Assembly (NCBI GenBank): GCA_040954595.2
Contig: CM082577.2
Span: forward strand, 18,264,303 to 18,328,302
DNA: 64,000 nucleotides
Direction: 5' to 3'
From: Balanoglossus misakiensis
Taxonomy: Eukaryota > Animalia > Hemichordata
Part shown: positions 11,268-25,502 of the stretch, piece by piece
Layout of the letters: each line of letters starts with the position of its first letter
Numbering within the stretch: position 1 is the stretch's first letter
The notes under the pieces: generated by a model
Told to the model about the DNA's origin: nothing
Databases searched by the model: none
The model's input: only the letters and a program-made list of their open reading frames with translations
Program-made: the position numbers and the translations under genes

Positions 11268-14200
11268 ACTGACCGCCTCGGATGGTAGAACGTTTGAGGA
11301 AAGAATCTTATTCGTGACTTCTGCAAGAAGTTTAGCGGACCCGATGTTCCGACGTGTTGTTTTATGGTATTACCATAGTTGGGAATCGTCTTCGATTCTG
11401 GACTTTTGATTATTAAATATTTCTGGTCGACATATATACTCACTAACATTAAAATGGACAAGAATAGGGACAGTCATACTTACACAATATAGTATTGCAT
11501 TATATCGCGAGCACATTTTAGTGCATGTATACAAGACACATGCCAGTTTCCGTCTATCTCAAGTGTGGAAGTGGGATAGTGTGAATATTCTCTCAGTTTT
11601 AATTCTCACTATCTTGTTTTGATCAGGTAATCACCCTTCAAGTCAAGACTACCGAAAAATACCAAACGTTAGAGCTATAAGCCATGTAATAGTATTCTAT
11701 TTGTGACAATCGCAAAAGAGGAGAGAAATACAGTTGAGATATTTTAGTGATCATTTCCATAAATTTTGGAGAAACAATACATTTTTGACGTCACGATGAG
11801 TGACACTACCAAGAGTAACATCGGTAACTCTAATAAGAGCGACTTAGAAATTAGAGTGTTCAGACTCAACCATGAAATAATCTCTAACACTGTTTATATT
11901 GTTAGTATTACCATGCCGACGTTCGCAACGTCACCATTATTAGTGCTTCTTGGCCTCAAGTAACATCTGCAAGTAACAGCATTAGTGCCAAGCAAGATAA
12001 CAGCCTGCGGCAAAACAGTGCAGCGCAAGGCGGTGTGTACATTTCTTTCAAAACTGAGATTGTCACAGTAACAAAGATTTCAGTCTGTTTACACACTCGG
12101 GTAATCGTGCACAGTTTAATTTCCTTGAGACAATTTCAGTTCGAAATTTATGTTCCATGCAAAGCAACCCGGGTTGGGCATTCGTTTCGTTTCTGTGTCA
12201 CAGCCTTTAACTGAAGCCATGGGTGTTCTTCCTCTCCATGTCGAGGACTCCATGATCGTATGTTTATGTACTACGGCGCCGACTCTATGCATCACGCAAT
12301 AATAGGAAAAATTTCTATAAATCGATAAGTATAAGTTTTCAATAACTCACGATATATCTGATGTAGAAGGGAAACGTGACATATTAACAGAAGACTAACC
12401 AACCAAATAAACCAATGCAAACTGTACAAATTTATAACAAGATACGCAATAGAGATATACTGATGTAATATAGAATGCTAGAACGATTATTTCACAATAT
12501 TAATCTGTACTATTTAGATAGCTGCGCAGAGAAAATACAGACAGACGCACAGACTTCATTGCATTGCAAGGCAATTCATTTCATGTTTATTTGCTCATTT
12601 ATTACATAGGCAGCCTCTTAACACATAATTCAAGCAACATTTTTGTCTGTTCCTTTGCTGGAAAATAATTGCTTCTCGGGCAAAAGAATTTTGATTAAAT
12701 ATGGCACAACAGTCTCAGAGGTATGTGAAAGCCAAATTGGCTCTCAAACTAAAACCCACGGGCTAAAATGGATATTGAAGGCAAATTATGTTTTATCATT
12801 GAATTTTCTGACTCTGAAAGGTACTTGTAATGCATTCAGTACCGTCTGTTATTGTTGTAAACTAAATGTAGCCACATATGACATATACAGAAAAAGAACA
12901 GTTGATATTGGATGAAATATTTACCATTCGCTGCAATGTAAATTAGTATTTGAACCATATCATAAAAGAGGTCGTAAATATATAGCACTTCAATACACGT
13001 GTATGTCAACATAAAAGTAGATACTTTTTACACTGGTTACTGTGAGCAAAATTGTTATTGCCTGTATTGGGACTAAATTTAATTAAAACATCGCAAATTG
13101 CATCCATGGATGGCTAACCATGCATGCGCAAGAAATATAAATGTAGAAAGTTTGGTGTCTCGTAATCTCGAACTAAACCATCACGTTTTCTTCTCATTTT
13201 ATAAACTGGAAACTACCGTGACGTCTTACATTTTCCGAACACTTCCTGTAGAGTATCTAGTTATTGCGTGTTATGTATATATATATATATATATATTATT
13301 TATTTATTTATTTGACCAGTCATCTAATCTCCAGAAAGACAGATACAGCAAACAACTAGTGAAGACTGGACAATTTGGATCTCATTATTTTAAAGACGAC
13401 TCAACCCCCAACAAAATCGTAGGGCAAGTACTCAAAATTATAATAGTTCTCGAAAGTTCGACAGTCAAAATTACTTTTTATTTGAACCTCGGCCTCTGTC
13501 TGCCTATTGTAATTCTGCGAGCAATATCAGGGTGTCTTAATGTCTAATTTCTACTTACTCTCATTAATGGCTTTGACAGCAGAGAGTTTGATATAAAAAA
13601 TCGGAGAAGAACGAATATGGTAGTATGGGTTGAAGTTTTTGCCCAGCAATCAGACAAGTATATCAGATGATGAAGTTACAAGTAAGCTGCTATGTTGTCC
13701 GCCTGGCTGCATTGGTGTATATGGAACTCGGTTGTAACTTGTGAAAAACGAAAGAGTTTAACACAAACAATGGTATTGTGATATTAGGACCGAACTTCCT
13801 GTGGATTTCAAGACTGGACACGGAAGGTGAAATAAATGACTTGACGAGTGTGAACACGTGAGCTTATTAGCATTTGAACAAGTAATATATTTAGAATGGA
13901 TATATTTATTAGATATCTCTTTTGACATTCAGGCCAAATAATCTTTTGACTTCTGTTTGTATACCACACATTGCAATATCTTGAAGACTATATGGATAAT
14001 TACGTACATCAGGCGCTGCCGTGGCTGTTTCACTGCAGCTTTAAAATTGTGACTTACCAACAGGATGTTTAATCAAGCAAAGTACGTATTCCTGAATAGG
14101 TTTTGTAGCTCTAGGGCTTTATCTAGTATATATATAGTATAGATATATTTAGTATATGTGTTAGGACCCTTAAATAAGCACTCACAATAAAATAGTGATT

Positions 14201-14932
14201 CTCGTTGCGCGTACGTGTGAATTTCTTTTATTAACGTTGATATAGTTCGTGATTTAAGCAAGTGGGTGAAGACAAATCTCGAAAGCATGTCATCAAAATA
14301 AGTAATACGTTCGTTTTCAGCACAAGTTTAATGATATTCAAACATATTTTCGTCAGTGTTTTTTTTTTGCAATTTGAAAACTGGTAAAACTAATATTGTA
14401 AACAAAAACAGAAAATAAAGGTGAGGTGTCATGACAGAAATGTTCATTTCGTGAGGTTGAGTTTCATCTTAAACATTTAAACGTCGAGGGTTGACAAAAC
14501 TAAACGTCAAGCATTACTTGTCCTATGTATTGAATTTACGTGGGATGCCTTCGGCCGAACTGAAAGCTTTGTAACTTACCGCAGAAATCAGAACGCTGCC
14601 GTAATCATCATCTAAGTTAGCATCCATTATGCACAATGAACAGCTGTTATTTCCAGTACGCATATCAAAGAAAATATCATACTCCTATTCCATTAGTACA
14701 GAATGCCATTCACTCACACCATTAAATATTTTGGTGCAGCAACATTGTCGATCAAATCAAACGAATTCGATGTTGTGTTTAGCAAAGATCGCAAGATTCA
14801 AAGACTTGACAGGGTAATAGGGATGTGGTAGTAAATCGAAATTGTTTCATCTCCCGATGTCACGATTCGTGGCTCACACTACATGTATGTGGCCAATTTG
14901 AAGGTGGTTACGTCAATAGTTTAATTACAGTT

Positions 14933-15123
14933 AAATAATTACACATTTTAGCGACGGTAATATCATGATCTTTTAGCCTGCGCGAGGGATGGTGATCTCT
15001 GACCATAATATCGATGATGTCCGAGCCGCAGACAAGGGTGTCATCAATATTGTGGTCAGAGATCACCAGCCCGAGGGCAGGCTTCAAATGTGATGTTTCC
15101 CGAGCATCATGTGTTATTAATTT
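14933..15123. mobile_element. Palindromic foldback MITE
   Basis: GGTGATCTCTGACCATAATATCGATGA pairs with TCATCAATATTGTGGTCAGAGATCACC, and the outer arms are also complementary. Confidence 0.6.
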
Positions 15124-18100
15124 CATTACACTGAAAATTAGATACATGTACATGTATATACAGCATTCGGGTAGCGTCCAGGGTCGCTGCATATAGTGAA
15201 ACTCTTGATCTTCGGAGTACTAGCTGTAGGCCTACTTCGGACTCAGATAATATCCCCTCACTGCGCGCAGTATCCCCTACCTACGGGCCATAGACTCTGT
15301 CAGCCATGTAATATCACGTTTTTTCTATGGCACGTGCTACGGTCTCAGCCAATTATTATGAAATAACAACGCATATGACTAATATCTAAATTGACTAATT
15401 TCAAACGTAGTGTTCATTGCATATTGAGGGGGCAATGTCCCCTCTCGCTTCTTATATGGCACTATTTTATCAGAATATTTACTCATCGCTTTCTCAAGAC
15501 TTTAAACGCAAGACTTACTCCTAAATACTTTAACTTTACAACATGATGTTTCGGTCTTTACAACATGTATGACGTTTCAAGGTGCAAACAAATAACCGTA
15601 TTAGATATTACCACAGAGTTATATCAGGACATCCTCTAAACCTGATATCGAAAAGCAAACACAGTCAAAACGAGCAATGCTAAATATACCAATTTTCTCC
15701 ATTATGATCAGGATTGTTGACAAATGCAAGTCATTTAATATGATGATGTCCTTCATGTCACAGCCTACTTATAATCACTTGCTACTGAGAGATGAAATCT
15801 TTGTTTGACGGAAAACGTCCATGTAACTGAAACTAAAAAATCAACACTGCTTTCGAAATGCCCCCATGAAAATAAACACTTCTTAGCACATTACCGAGTC
15901 ACTCCCACAAGGAACTGATGCAGTATTGTATGATAATTCATATAACCGAATTTAAGGCTGAAGATCAACATACAAGCCGTTTGAAACATTGAGTTCCAGT
16001 CCCAGTTTCTACCTGAACACATTTCATCATGTACTGCTGTTTTTGTGTTGAGCACTTGTTTGCACGAGAATGCAACTGTAATAGCTTGTTGTTTCGGCAC
16101 ACACACACGCACACACACAGTGCAAAATATTAATATGTATACGTCATCAACAATGTTCTCTGACTGACGTGTCATATTCTGAACAATGTGCCAAATTGAT
16201 GGAACACACGAACATGGTTGAGTATAGTAATCGATAGAAATGAAAAATGCTCTTCTGTTGACAACAGCTGATGTTCAACTTAGCACACACAACACTGTGT
16301 TTGTCTACAGGGCTACAGGCAGGGATATGTTGCAACGAACAGCTGAGCGTTTGATCTAAACCAAGAAGTAGGCCATTGAAGCCGTTCTTCAACGCAAGTG
16401 TATGTAACAATGGCTGTCAGTGTTTTCCGGTCAGAATTGGTCGATTATTTACTGCTTGATTCAAGCTGAGATCCTTAAGTTGATAAACACTAGGAAGACT
16501 TGAATAAATAATAAGGTGCGCTTACCTCTTTCAACTGCGACTGCATCAAACTGTGCACCACATCACGTGATTGTATGATCAACGCTAAATCTGCATGATA
16601 GATCGTAACTGTCTCTTTCCATCTCATGACGTATTGATGACCACGAGAACAAGCAGGCTATTATTCCACCAAATTAAGCTTCGCCAGATAATATCCCGAA
16701 CCGTTCAGAAAAAAAGATCGATCTTTAAATGGTAATAATACATGCCACTTTTAACCGGGTATGGATGTTACATCAATCACTAGCTAAGTGCAATACCTTT
16801 ACATCTATGAAGGCGGCAGTCGTGACTGAACATTATAATATCCTGAGGATTTTTGCAATTTTCAAGTGCCTGTGGTTTGAAAAATGTCATTAAAGCGGCA
16901 TTGAAAGCCCTATAATGAGATTTTTTTTACAGAATATTGATGGGGCATCATTCTATGAACAAAGCGTATGAAAATTTTCAATCATGTTCTACACGAAATA
17001 GGTAATTTAGTGGGATGGTCGGAATCACATCCTTAACATGTGCCTTTGTTGCTTATGACATACACATAAAGTAGCCTTGGGTTACTGATGTTACAGTCAT
17101 GTATGCTCGGATCGGAGGAAATGAGACGTAAAATGGTGATTTTTATCAGTATTATCTTGAATAATCGGCACTAAATATTCTTTAAATCGCTAACTGAATA
17201 TGACTAAGGTACAGAGTCACTGCCCATTCTGGTTCTACAAAAACACGATTCGGCAAGGGGTCCCTCCGAACCGTAGACTCTGTAATGACGTTACAATCAA
17301 TCAGTTGTATTTCTTAACCATGAATTTGTTGTAAAATATTTGTATGCGATATGATAGGAAATGTCCTCGTTTTTTTCGCGGTTTGTTAGTTGAAGGAGAG
17401 TGTTCATTTTCCTTATTTCATAGATTTCTTAGAAATGGGTGTTTCGTTTGCCGCTCCCGATGTTAGTGACTACACAGATTTCAGAACATTCAGGAACATG
17501 ACATTTTCATACTGTAACGTTTCCATGGTTTTCAACAGGGACAACTTGTCAACATCGCAAAATCACTAAAATCCGTTTACCTGTCTTTGGATATGTGCGT
17601 TAACAGGGGAGTGTAAATTAATATGTCGTCACGAATCCACAAGCTACCTTGAAATAACGTCGATTTAGTGAATTGCCAAGGCGATGTTCAACATATCCAG
17701 TCTGGCAAGATATTCTAACGTAGCAGAAATAGCATCAATAGCTGTTGAGGCATTCTTGACCCGAAATTAGATAGAATATTGTTTCAATGCAAGTAAACTG
17801 TTTTTATGTTGAAATTATTTTACAAAATATATAAATTATCATACATGACAAATTATTTTCGGCAATCGTACAACTAAGTATCGATAAACAGGGCCTATAA
17901 GCCAGACAAGGTCTTCATAACACTTTACATCGCTTTCGGGATCAAGATTCGCCACGTGACCTCACAATTCGTTGGACATGTTTCAGGAAGTTGCATGGTG
18001 TGTGATTGCCGCAAATAACTTTCCCTGCTTAACCGAGTATGATGAGTCAGTTATGATCACAGTCATGGTATTGTTCCTCTAGGAGAGGTATACAACAAAC

Positions 18101-19218
18101 ATATCAACCTGTCGTAAGCCATAGTAAGTGCTTGATATAGCAATTTGGCGGTGAAGTCACGTGATGTCACCGATGATTATTTGTAGGTCATCTAATTTCC
18201 TGTCTTTTTCCCTTTTCGAAGAAAAACTCCATAGTGTGTAAATATATTTCCAGGCTAAACGCCGACTTGGATCCAAGGCTATCTTGCATAAACCTAAACG
18301 CCACATACCAATCTTGTACAAATTACATTGACATCATAAAACTACTTACGGTCAACGGCGATAATCCCTGGTAACTAACGGAATGATACTTGTACATTGA
18401 GAGACTTTAGACGGTCGTCTGCTATTACAATCAGGCTGTCGCCTGTTGTGCGCGCCATGAAGATTGATAAGATCACGACAATGCAAAAACCATGTCTAAT
18501 AATCTCCAATTATCCCACATTGACCCCAAGACTGAACAGAGAATAAACGTGAGTAATAGACATTCCCGTCTGATTGCGTTTAACTATAAACGCAAATAGA
18601 CATATGTATAGAACATTCCCGGCAAATATTATAAGGCAAAGGTTATAAAATATTTGGAAGATCAAAACATTCATTAAGCACTGAAATATCTTAATTCAAT
18701 CGTCCTTACAAAATGAGCATTCTGAGGGGGGAGGGGGAGTGGGAAGATTCCGAAAGAATAACATTTCCACTCTTTAAAATCAGAAATTAATTATTAGTCG
18801 GAACATCTACCAGGAATATGCTATTGTAGAATCATCCTCGAACGTACGGAGACACAAATGTGTAATCTTTTGACTCATTTTCCTGTGTTCGGCACTAACT
18901 CTTTGGCTGTAATGGCTTTTTCACATAAATTTGGGTGACGGTGGCCCATCTAGTTTCTGGAAATAGAGGTGATGATCGGACACGATTGTCAACTGGATTA
19001 AAGGTATACAGTCACCTCCAAATAACGTACGCCCATATATGGCTGAAATGGTGTATTTGAAAATCTGTGATTGGCTAGATCTTATTTTGCCATGGTAACT
19101 ATAGCTAATCATCCATAGGCTGCAACTCGATAACATTTGTTATTTTTTAAATAATCCTGGATATACTTTTTTATGAAAGCCCGTTAAGGACATTTCGTAA
19201 AGCAAAACATTTGTTTTT

Positions 19219-19498
19219 ATCTCGTGCGCACGAGATACTAAGTCGTGAGTACGAGATACTAAGTCGTGAGCACGAGATACTAAGTCGTGCGCACGAGAAA
19301 CTAAGTCGTGAGCACGAGATACTAAGTCGTGAGCACGAGATACTAAGTCGTGCGCACGAGATACTAAGTCGTGCGCCCGAGAAACTAAGTCGTGAGCACG
19401 AGATACTAAGTCGTGAGCACGAGATACTAAGTCGTGCGCACGAGATACTAAGTCGTGAGCACGAGAAACTAAATCGTGAGCACGTGATACTAAGTCGT
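19219..19498 (+). repeat. 21-bp tandem array (TCGTG[A/C]GCACGAGATACTAAG), ~13 units
   Basis: Read directly. Reverse-orientation copies at ~37177-37330 and ~38362-38421. Confidence 0.95.
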
Positions 19499-19582
19499 GT
19501 ATGGCAAGCCAAACGTTGCAATTTTCTTGTTGTATAAGTTTATTTTTATTCTTCAATTTCACGTTTGCTTTGGTCAAATTAT

Positions 19583-19935
19583 ACTCGTGTTCTTCAAATC
19601 TATATTTGTGTTCTTCAAATCTATATTTGTGTTCTTCAAATTTATATTCTTGTTCTTCAAATCTATATTTGTGTTCTTCAAATCTAGATTCTTGTTCTTC
19701 AAATCTATATTCTTGTTCTTCAATTTCACGTTTGCTTTTGTCAAATTATATTTGTGTTCTTCAAATCTATATTTGTGTTCTTCAAATCTATATTTGTGTT
19801 CTTCAAATTTATATTCTTGTTCTTCAAATCTATATTTGTGTTCTTCAAATCTATATTCTTGTTCTTCAAATCTATATTTGTGTTCTTCAAATTTATATTC
19901 TTGTTCTTCAAATCTATATTCTTGTTCTTCAAATC
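19583..19935 (+). repeat. 21-bp tandem array (GTGTTCTTCAAATCTATATTT)n
   Basis: Read directly; it generates the spurious low-complexity ORFs in all frames. Confidence 0.95.
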
Positions 19936-20465
19936 CACGTTTTCTTTCATCAAATTACATTCTTGTTCTTTGATTTCATTTTTGCTTTCGTCAAATTACA
20001 TGCTGTTCTTCAAATCCTGCGCTTTCGTAGAACTACCGGAAGTTAACATGTTGCCCTCTGCAGAGGGCGCCGTCAATGATCTTTGGCTTTTCAGCAGCAT
20101 CTCAGTGAAATCGAATTACGGCAAATCTATCATTATTAATCATCTGTAGATCTCTTAATCTGCTACGCTCTTGTCTGTTCCACTGATCTGAATCATGATG
20201 GTTGAATTTATTTTTGGACGCACCTCAAACAACGGAATGCCGTCATATCATCGCAAATTTGAAAATGCTATTTTTGATAATCTTGACTCAAAATGTCAAA
20301 TAGTCAAATCAGTATGTTTTTATGTATTCGACTTCAATATTATTTGTCAGAATGTGATTTATAATTTTTTTTTACCATATCAGTCCGTATATGTCAATCC
20401 AGACCGGCACAAATTAGCGACATCAACTGTCACACAATCAAAAGAACATAATGTAACGAGATTTT

Positions 20466-20828
20466 TATGGGGTGAGAACACCGCCAAAAATAGCTGATGT
20501 CTTTATTTGGTAGTTTTCTCATCATTATTATGCTATTATGTCATTATTTGGCCATTACCTTGGCCATTATTATGCTGTTATTTGGTTATTTGGCCGTTAT
20601 TATGTCATTATTCAGTATTAATGTCTTTATTTGGAAGTTTTCTCATCATTATTATGCTATTATGTCATTATTTGGTTATTTGGTATTTATGTCGTGGTCT
20701 CGACATTACCTCGACCATTACCTCGGCCATTATTTGGTTCGCTCGACATTATCTGACCTACTTTATTATTTGAACTCTTGCCCGGTACCCAGAATTCATT
20801 GCACAAAATCATTGCACAAAATGGCGAC
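20466..20828 (+). repeat. Left TIR (363 bp) of the IS3EU element, ending inside the transposase start codons
   Basis: Reverse complement of 34080-34623 apart from a 13-bp left-only duplication and a 194-bp right-only duplication. Confidence 0.92.
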
Positions 20829-23800
20829 TGTACAAGTAATAACAAGACGGTTGTACGATATTGCTTCCGCACTTGGGTCAGTAACTAGACCAAGTGAGTT
20901 GGAAGCTGTGTTTGACGACATCGTTTTACAAGAAGAAGAACTGGTCCAATTATGCATCCATACTGATGTCCCAGACAACGTGTTTGCACAACTCTGTCTT
21001 GCTATGACAACTTTGATAGATTTTCTTGATAATCAGTCACAGAACATTGGTCCAAGCGTCTGTTGGCCGTATCGTTCATACAAAGTGAGTTCCGGGGAGC
21101 GTGGTAGACCTCGCTTCGATATCCCGAAAGAACAGTTGCAGTTCTTTGTAGCAGAAAGATTTAGCGTACCAGCAGTGGCAAAAATGCTAGGCGTTTCGAT
21201 ACGAACCATACAAAGACGTATGTACGAGTATGGCATTTCAATTGCGGAATCATATGCGGAGTTGTCTGATGAAGAGCTTGATGGAATGGTTACTGACATA
21301 ACCAATCGTCTTCCAAACACGGGAATGAAAAGGCTACATGGACTGTTACTTGCCGAAGGTAAACGTGTGGCAATTTTTCGAGTCAGAGAAAGCCTTCGAC
21401 GTGTAGATCACAGTGGAGTTGTCAGTAGGAGAAGAACTGCAATACGTAGGAGGCAGTACAATGTTCCGTGCCCTAATGCATTGTGGCACATAGATGGAAA
21501 CCATAAACTGATAAGGTTAGTGTACTTATTGGTCAAGCCTGTGAAATACTCAAACCGAAGGTCTCCATGCGTATGGACAAATGTGTTCTAAAAAACGGCT
21601 GGCTGAAATATATTTATAGGATAATGTTGGTGCTCTATCCCAGCTAATTCAGCAATCACATAACAATTCACTAAACATTTTTCGGGTAAAATACTTGATG
21701 ATATTAGCATAATTATGTTGAAAATATTTATATTGTATTTTTGGGCAATTTTTGCGATGTTATTAAAAAGTCCATTTCTCAGAAATTGCCTGTCCTATTT
21801 TAAAAAATGGTTTGTAGGATGCTCTGTTCTTATTGTGATGTGTAAAAGATTATGATAAAAATATTATTCTCATTCGGTTGATTTTGGGGTCAAATTTTTG
21901 GGTCTCTTTTTCAGAAATTGCTTGTCCAGTTGCTTTGAACTTCGGTTTGCAGGTTCCGGGCAATGTTTGCCATCAGACTTATCTATCATCTGATAAAAAA
22001 TGTATAAATTTAATGCTAAAGGTATCTTGTTGGGTTTGTTTTGGTAATTGAGTCCAAATAAAATTGATGTATTTCACACTTGAGTGTACCAATTCTGATT
22101 AAATGGGAGGACAATGTCCTGACAGTATAAGATGAAATGTTTTTAGAAATTAAAGGGACAAAGTCTCTCTCTCGCTGCCCTTTTTTTTCCATTAATTATA
22201 TTTGATACAAAACACCGTTTGTTATTCTACATGTGGATATATAGTGAATGAACGTTCAACCACACACAACTTCCATCCTCCTTATAGACAGGAGAGTGAA
22301 AAAACTCGCCAAAATGAATAATCGTTCTTTACCATTTATTTATTTTGGGCAAGTTTTACTCTCATATCATACAAGTGGGATGGAAGTTTTGTGTGGTTGA
22401 TCATTGATTCACTATATATCCACATGTACATTAACATAAACTGTGTCTGGTATCAAACATAATTAATGGAAAGGGGGCAGCGAGAGAGAGACTTTGTCCC
22501 TTTAAGAAAGCTTGCATTTATGTCACTACACCCCGATTTAATTCACTGGCGAAGTATTTTGTGATATTGCAGCAAGTTGTATGAACTGACAATCTAAATA
22601 GGCAGGATCATATTTCACTAACAGCTCAACAATGACCAAAGTTTGTCTGACATCCATCATAAGGGACAGACCATTTGATAGCCATGGATTATAGAAGGGG
22701 CTAAGAAGATTAAATGTTTGATTGAGTTATGTACAGTAACCATTCAATTTGATATTGCATGTGATGCATGGATGGATGCAATATACCAAAATGGAGTTGT
22801 GGTGTCAATAATGCTATTTTTATCAGTAAAGGTTTCATTTTCAGACCTGTATCAACATCACTTGACAAGCCATTTCTGTCAATTTGTTGTCCATAGATGG
22901 AAGTTAGTAGTACATGGTGGAGTGGATGGTTTCTCAAGAATGGTGGTCTATCTTGTATGCAGTGACAACAACAGATCTGACACAGTTCTTGAAAGTTTTG
23001 AAGATGCCACTCAAAGATTCGGAGTCCCATCTCGGGTGAGAGCTGACAAAGGTGGTGAAAATGTATCTGTTTCACTATTTATGCTCAATCATCCAGCTAG
23101 AGGACCGGGAAGGGGAAGTTTCATATCTGGCAAGAGTGTACACAACCAGAGGATAGAACGTTTATGGCGTGATGTATTTTGTGGTATTTTATTTAAATAC
23201 TACAACCTGTTTTACTACCTCGAAGATAAATTGCTGCTTGATATAGAAAGTGACATAGATATGTTCTGTCTGCACTTTACATATTTACCAAGAATAAATC
23301 GAGATCTTCAGCACTGGCAAGAAGGTTGGAATCACCACAAACTTAGCACTGCAAATAGCAGATCGCCAAGACAGCTTTGGATTCAAGGTTCTATGGAAAT
23401 GGCAGGCTCAAATTACAGACCAATGAGAGAACTATTTGAACCAAGAACTGAGGTATGTACAGGTGCAGGTTCCATGCACTTTCAAAAGTCCTCATGCTGA
23501 GCATTTGTTTCTCACAATTCACACATCAAAATATCTTCAGAGGGACATTTCCTAACTGAAAAGAATTGAAAATAAGTGCGACATACAAAATTTGTAATTG
23601 GCAGATGGTATCTCAAACCAAACTTTGCGACTGTTTCTTTTTAACTGGCTGACCCTTGCTCTTTAAAGATAATATGTCAAAAGATGGAAAATAGGAGATA
23701 TAGTGATGATGCTTAGTGTTCTTTTATGGAAATCACAGATAGTGGACGATAATAAGAAACAGATTTGATTTTTGTGCTTTAAACTGAATCTTTTATATTT

Positions 23801-24029
23801 TTTAAAGGACGAAATCATGCATTATGGGATTGACTGGGATGGACCTCTTCCAGAAGATACAACAGATGCCAGAGTCGAGATTCCCATAGTTTGTTGTCCT
23901 TTAGAAGTTGATGAATTTGACGATCTCATCGGTTCCATTGACCCATTAAGAGATGGTGATATGTACGGCATATCAGTGTATCAAGATGTGATTAACTTTG
24001 TCAAGAGAGTGTTGGAAAACAGGGAATAA
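20821..24029 (+). CDS. IS3EU-type DDE transposase (HTH + integrase core), 490 aa, 3 exons: 20821-21515, 22897-23452, 23808-24029
   Basis: GT-AG junctions join in frame (695+556+222=1473 nt). HTH GRPRFDI...[16 protein letters not shown]. Catalytic motifs [18 protein letters not shown] and [12 protein letters not shown]-terminal [14 protein letters not shown] overlaps the stop. No disabling lesions seen. Confidence 0.92.
22154..22501. mobile_element. Kolobok-like palindromic MITE in transposase intron 1
   Basis: TTAA|AGGGACAAAGTCTCTCTCTCGCTGCCC...GGGCAGCGAGAGAGAGACTTTGTCCCT|TTAA. Imperfect arms of ~165 bp. Confidence 0.8.
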
Positions 24030-25019
24030 AGAAGACTTGTTTTGGTCTTTATGCAGATTGTAAACCTCAAGATTTATTGTCTTCCATTTGCCATATGTTT
24101 ATGGCAAAGCAGAGCTTTTGGGGTAACACGTCTGTCATATGTACATGTATGTATGTATGCATGAATCCATGTTATGTATATTATATGTGTGTATGTCTGT
24201 CTACAAAAACAAAACAATTGATAGGGATGCATCTGGACTGTTGATTGAAATTTGTTTGAATTATGTTGTGTATATGCATATGAGCTCCCTCCCCCCTCCA
24301 CGAAAAAAAAGATGTCAATTAAGAGCTAATATAGATCTGTTTATTTTGTGCTGATATTTGGAATTTTCTATTTTAATTTTCTATTGTAATTTCGAGATTT
24401 CTTAAATTTGGGGTAAAATATTATCTTCTCAGATACTATTTGTCTGAGTGATACTGAAAGCTTTAAAATTTTATACGGTATGCACTATTTCTTGAAAACG
24501 GGAGCACAGTGTCATTGTCACTATTTTTCATATGAAGATTGGAAAATATTGTTTATCTCAAAAACTTGCTACAGGCACTGTATTGATATCACATATTTTG
24601 TAAACCATTATTGAAAATGTCACAAAACTTGTATATGTAGAATGTTTTGATGTACCGTAGATTGCTTGTACAATATACATTGGTTAAGACTTGGCAACGG
24701 ACAGAGAAATAAAAGCACCTCACTCCATTATTCAAGTTTATGTATAGGTCAAAGAGCACCATTCCTATGATTTCAATAAAATTGAAGCCCTATAAAGGTT
24801 ATCAATTTTTTTAATGCTACTTTAGAGGAGTTTGTGGTGTATGGTTCCCAAAGAAGGCTTTTTCTGACTGAGCACAACAGAGACAGTTACAACAAAACCA
24901 GTCATACCTCTGTTCCCTTTGAATAAAGACAAGATGAAGTAACTAACAAAAGAACATGTTTTGTTTATTTTTTTATTCAACAATCATTCAACAGGCAAAT
25001 TCAATTTGCAATAACAGGA

Positions 25020-25140
25020 TGAGGTACCCATTACTCCTGGGTAGGGGAAGAAGCAATGAGAAGTTAAGTGCCTTGTTCAAGGACACATCATCATGGCCAT
25101 GCTTGGTCTCCCACTCACCATCTAGCCACTGAACCATGAA
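25020..25140 (-). mobile_element. tRNA-derived SINE fragment
   Basis: Minus strand reads TGGTTCAGTGGCTAG...GTGTCCTTGAACAAGGCACTTAAC...CCCAGGAGTAATGGGTACC, motifs typical of conserved-core metazoan SINEs. Confidence 0.5.
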
Positions 25141-25332
25141 GCCCCTAAAAAGAGTCTAACTACTTGGTAACTAAAAACTTTATAACTAAAGCACAACACA
25201 ACTATGTGTTTGAAAGCCACTGGCCAGGCCCATTGGACTTATAACCCCCTCCCCCCCCCCCAAAAAAAAAAAATCTTGGGAGAAATCAACTGCTTTGGAT
25301 TGGATTACTCGAAACACAGTGCATGTGTATGG

Positions 25333-25502
25333 CCAATCTGATTAAACTCCGATGAAGAGATGGGGTGATCTTTCACGCTCCGTATATATGGTCTTTTCTT
25401 CCGGGGTCCGACCATACTGAGGAATGGACCCCGGAAGAAAAGACCATATATACGGAGCGCGAAAGATCGCCCCATCTCTACATCAAATTTTAATCAGATT
25501 GG
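25333..25502. mobile_element. 170-bp palindromic MITE between the two convergent genes
   Basis: Arms of ~75 bp include a perfect CGCTCCGTATATATGGTCTTTTCTTCCGGGGTCC / GGACCCCGGAAGAAAAGACCATATATACGGAGCG pair. Flanks TGTATGG/TGTATGA form an imperfect 7-bp TSD. Confidence 0.75.

Noticed and set aside
11500-18900. Short ORFs of 60-149 aa
   Set aside because: No recognisable domains and no consistent exon chain. The region reads as AT-rich non-coding DNA with microsatellites and repeat debris.
19140-20149. Multiple ORFs with HDLVSRA, SSNLYLC and FFKSIFV repeats; superficially CRISPR-like periodicity
   Set aside because: These are translations of 21-bp tandem arrays. There are no unique spacers, no cas genes, and the context is eukaryotic.
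20497-20820. Hydrophobic N-terminal extension of the 364-aa ORF, and mirror ORFs at 34003-34592
   Set aside because: It lies wholly within the TIR, and the same peptide appears from the opposite TIR. The likely start is ATG 20821.
20821-24029. Bacterial IS3/IS481 contamination or a retroviral integrase
   Set aside because: The gene has GT-AG introns and long TIRs, with no RT, gag or LTRs.
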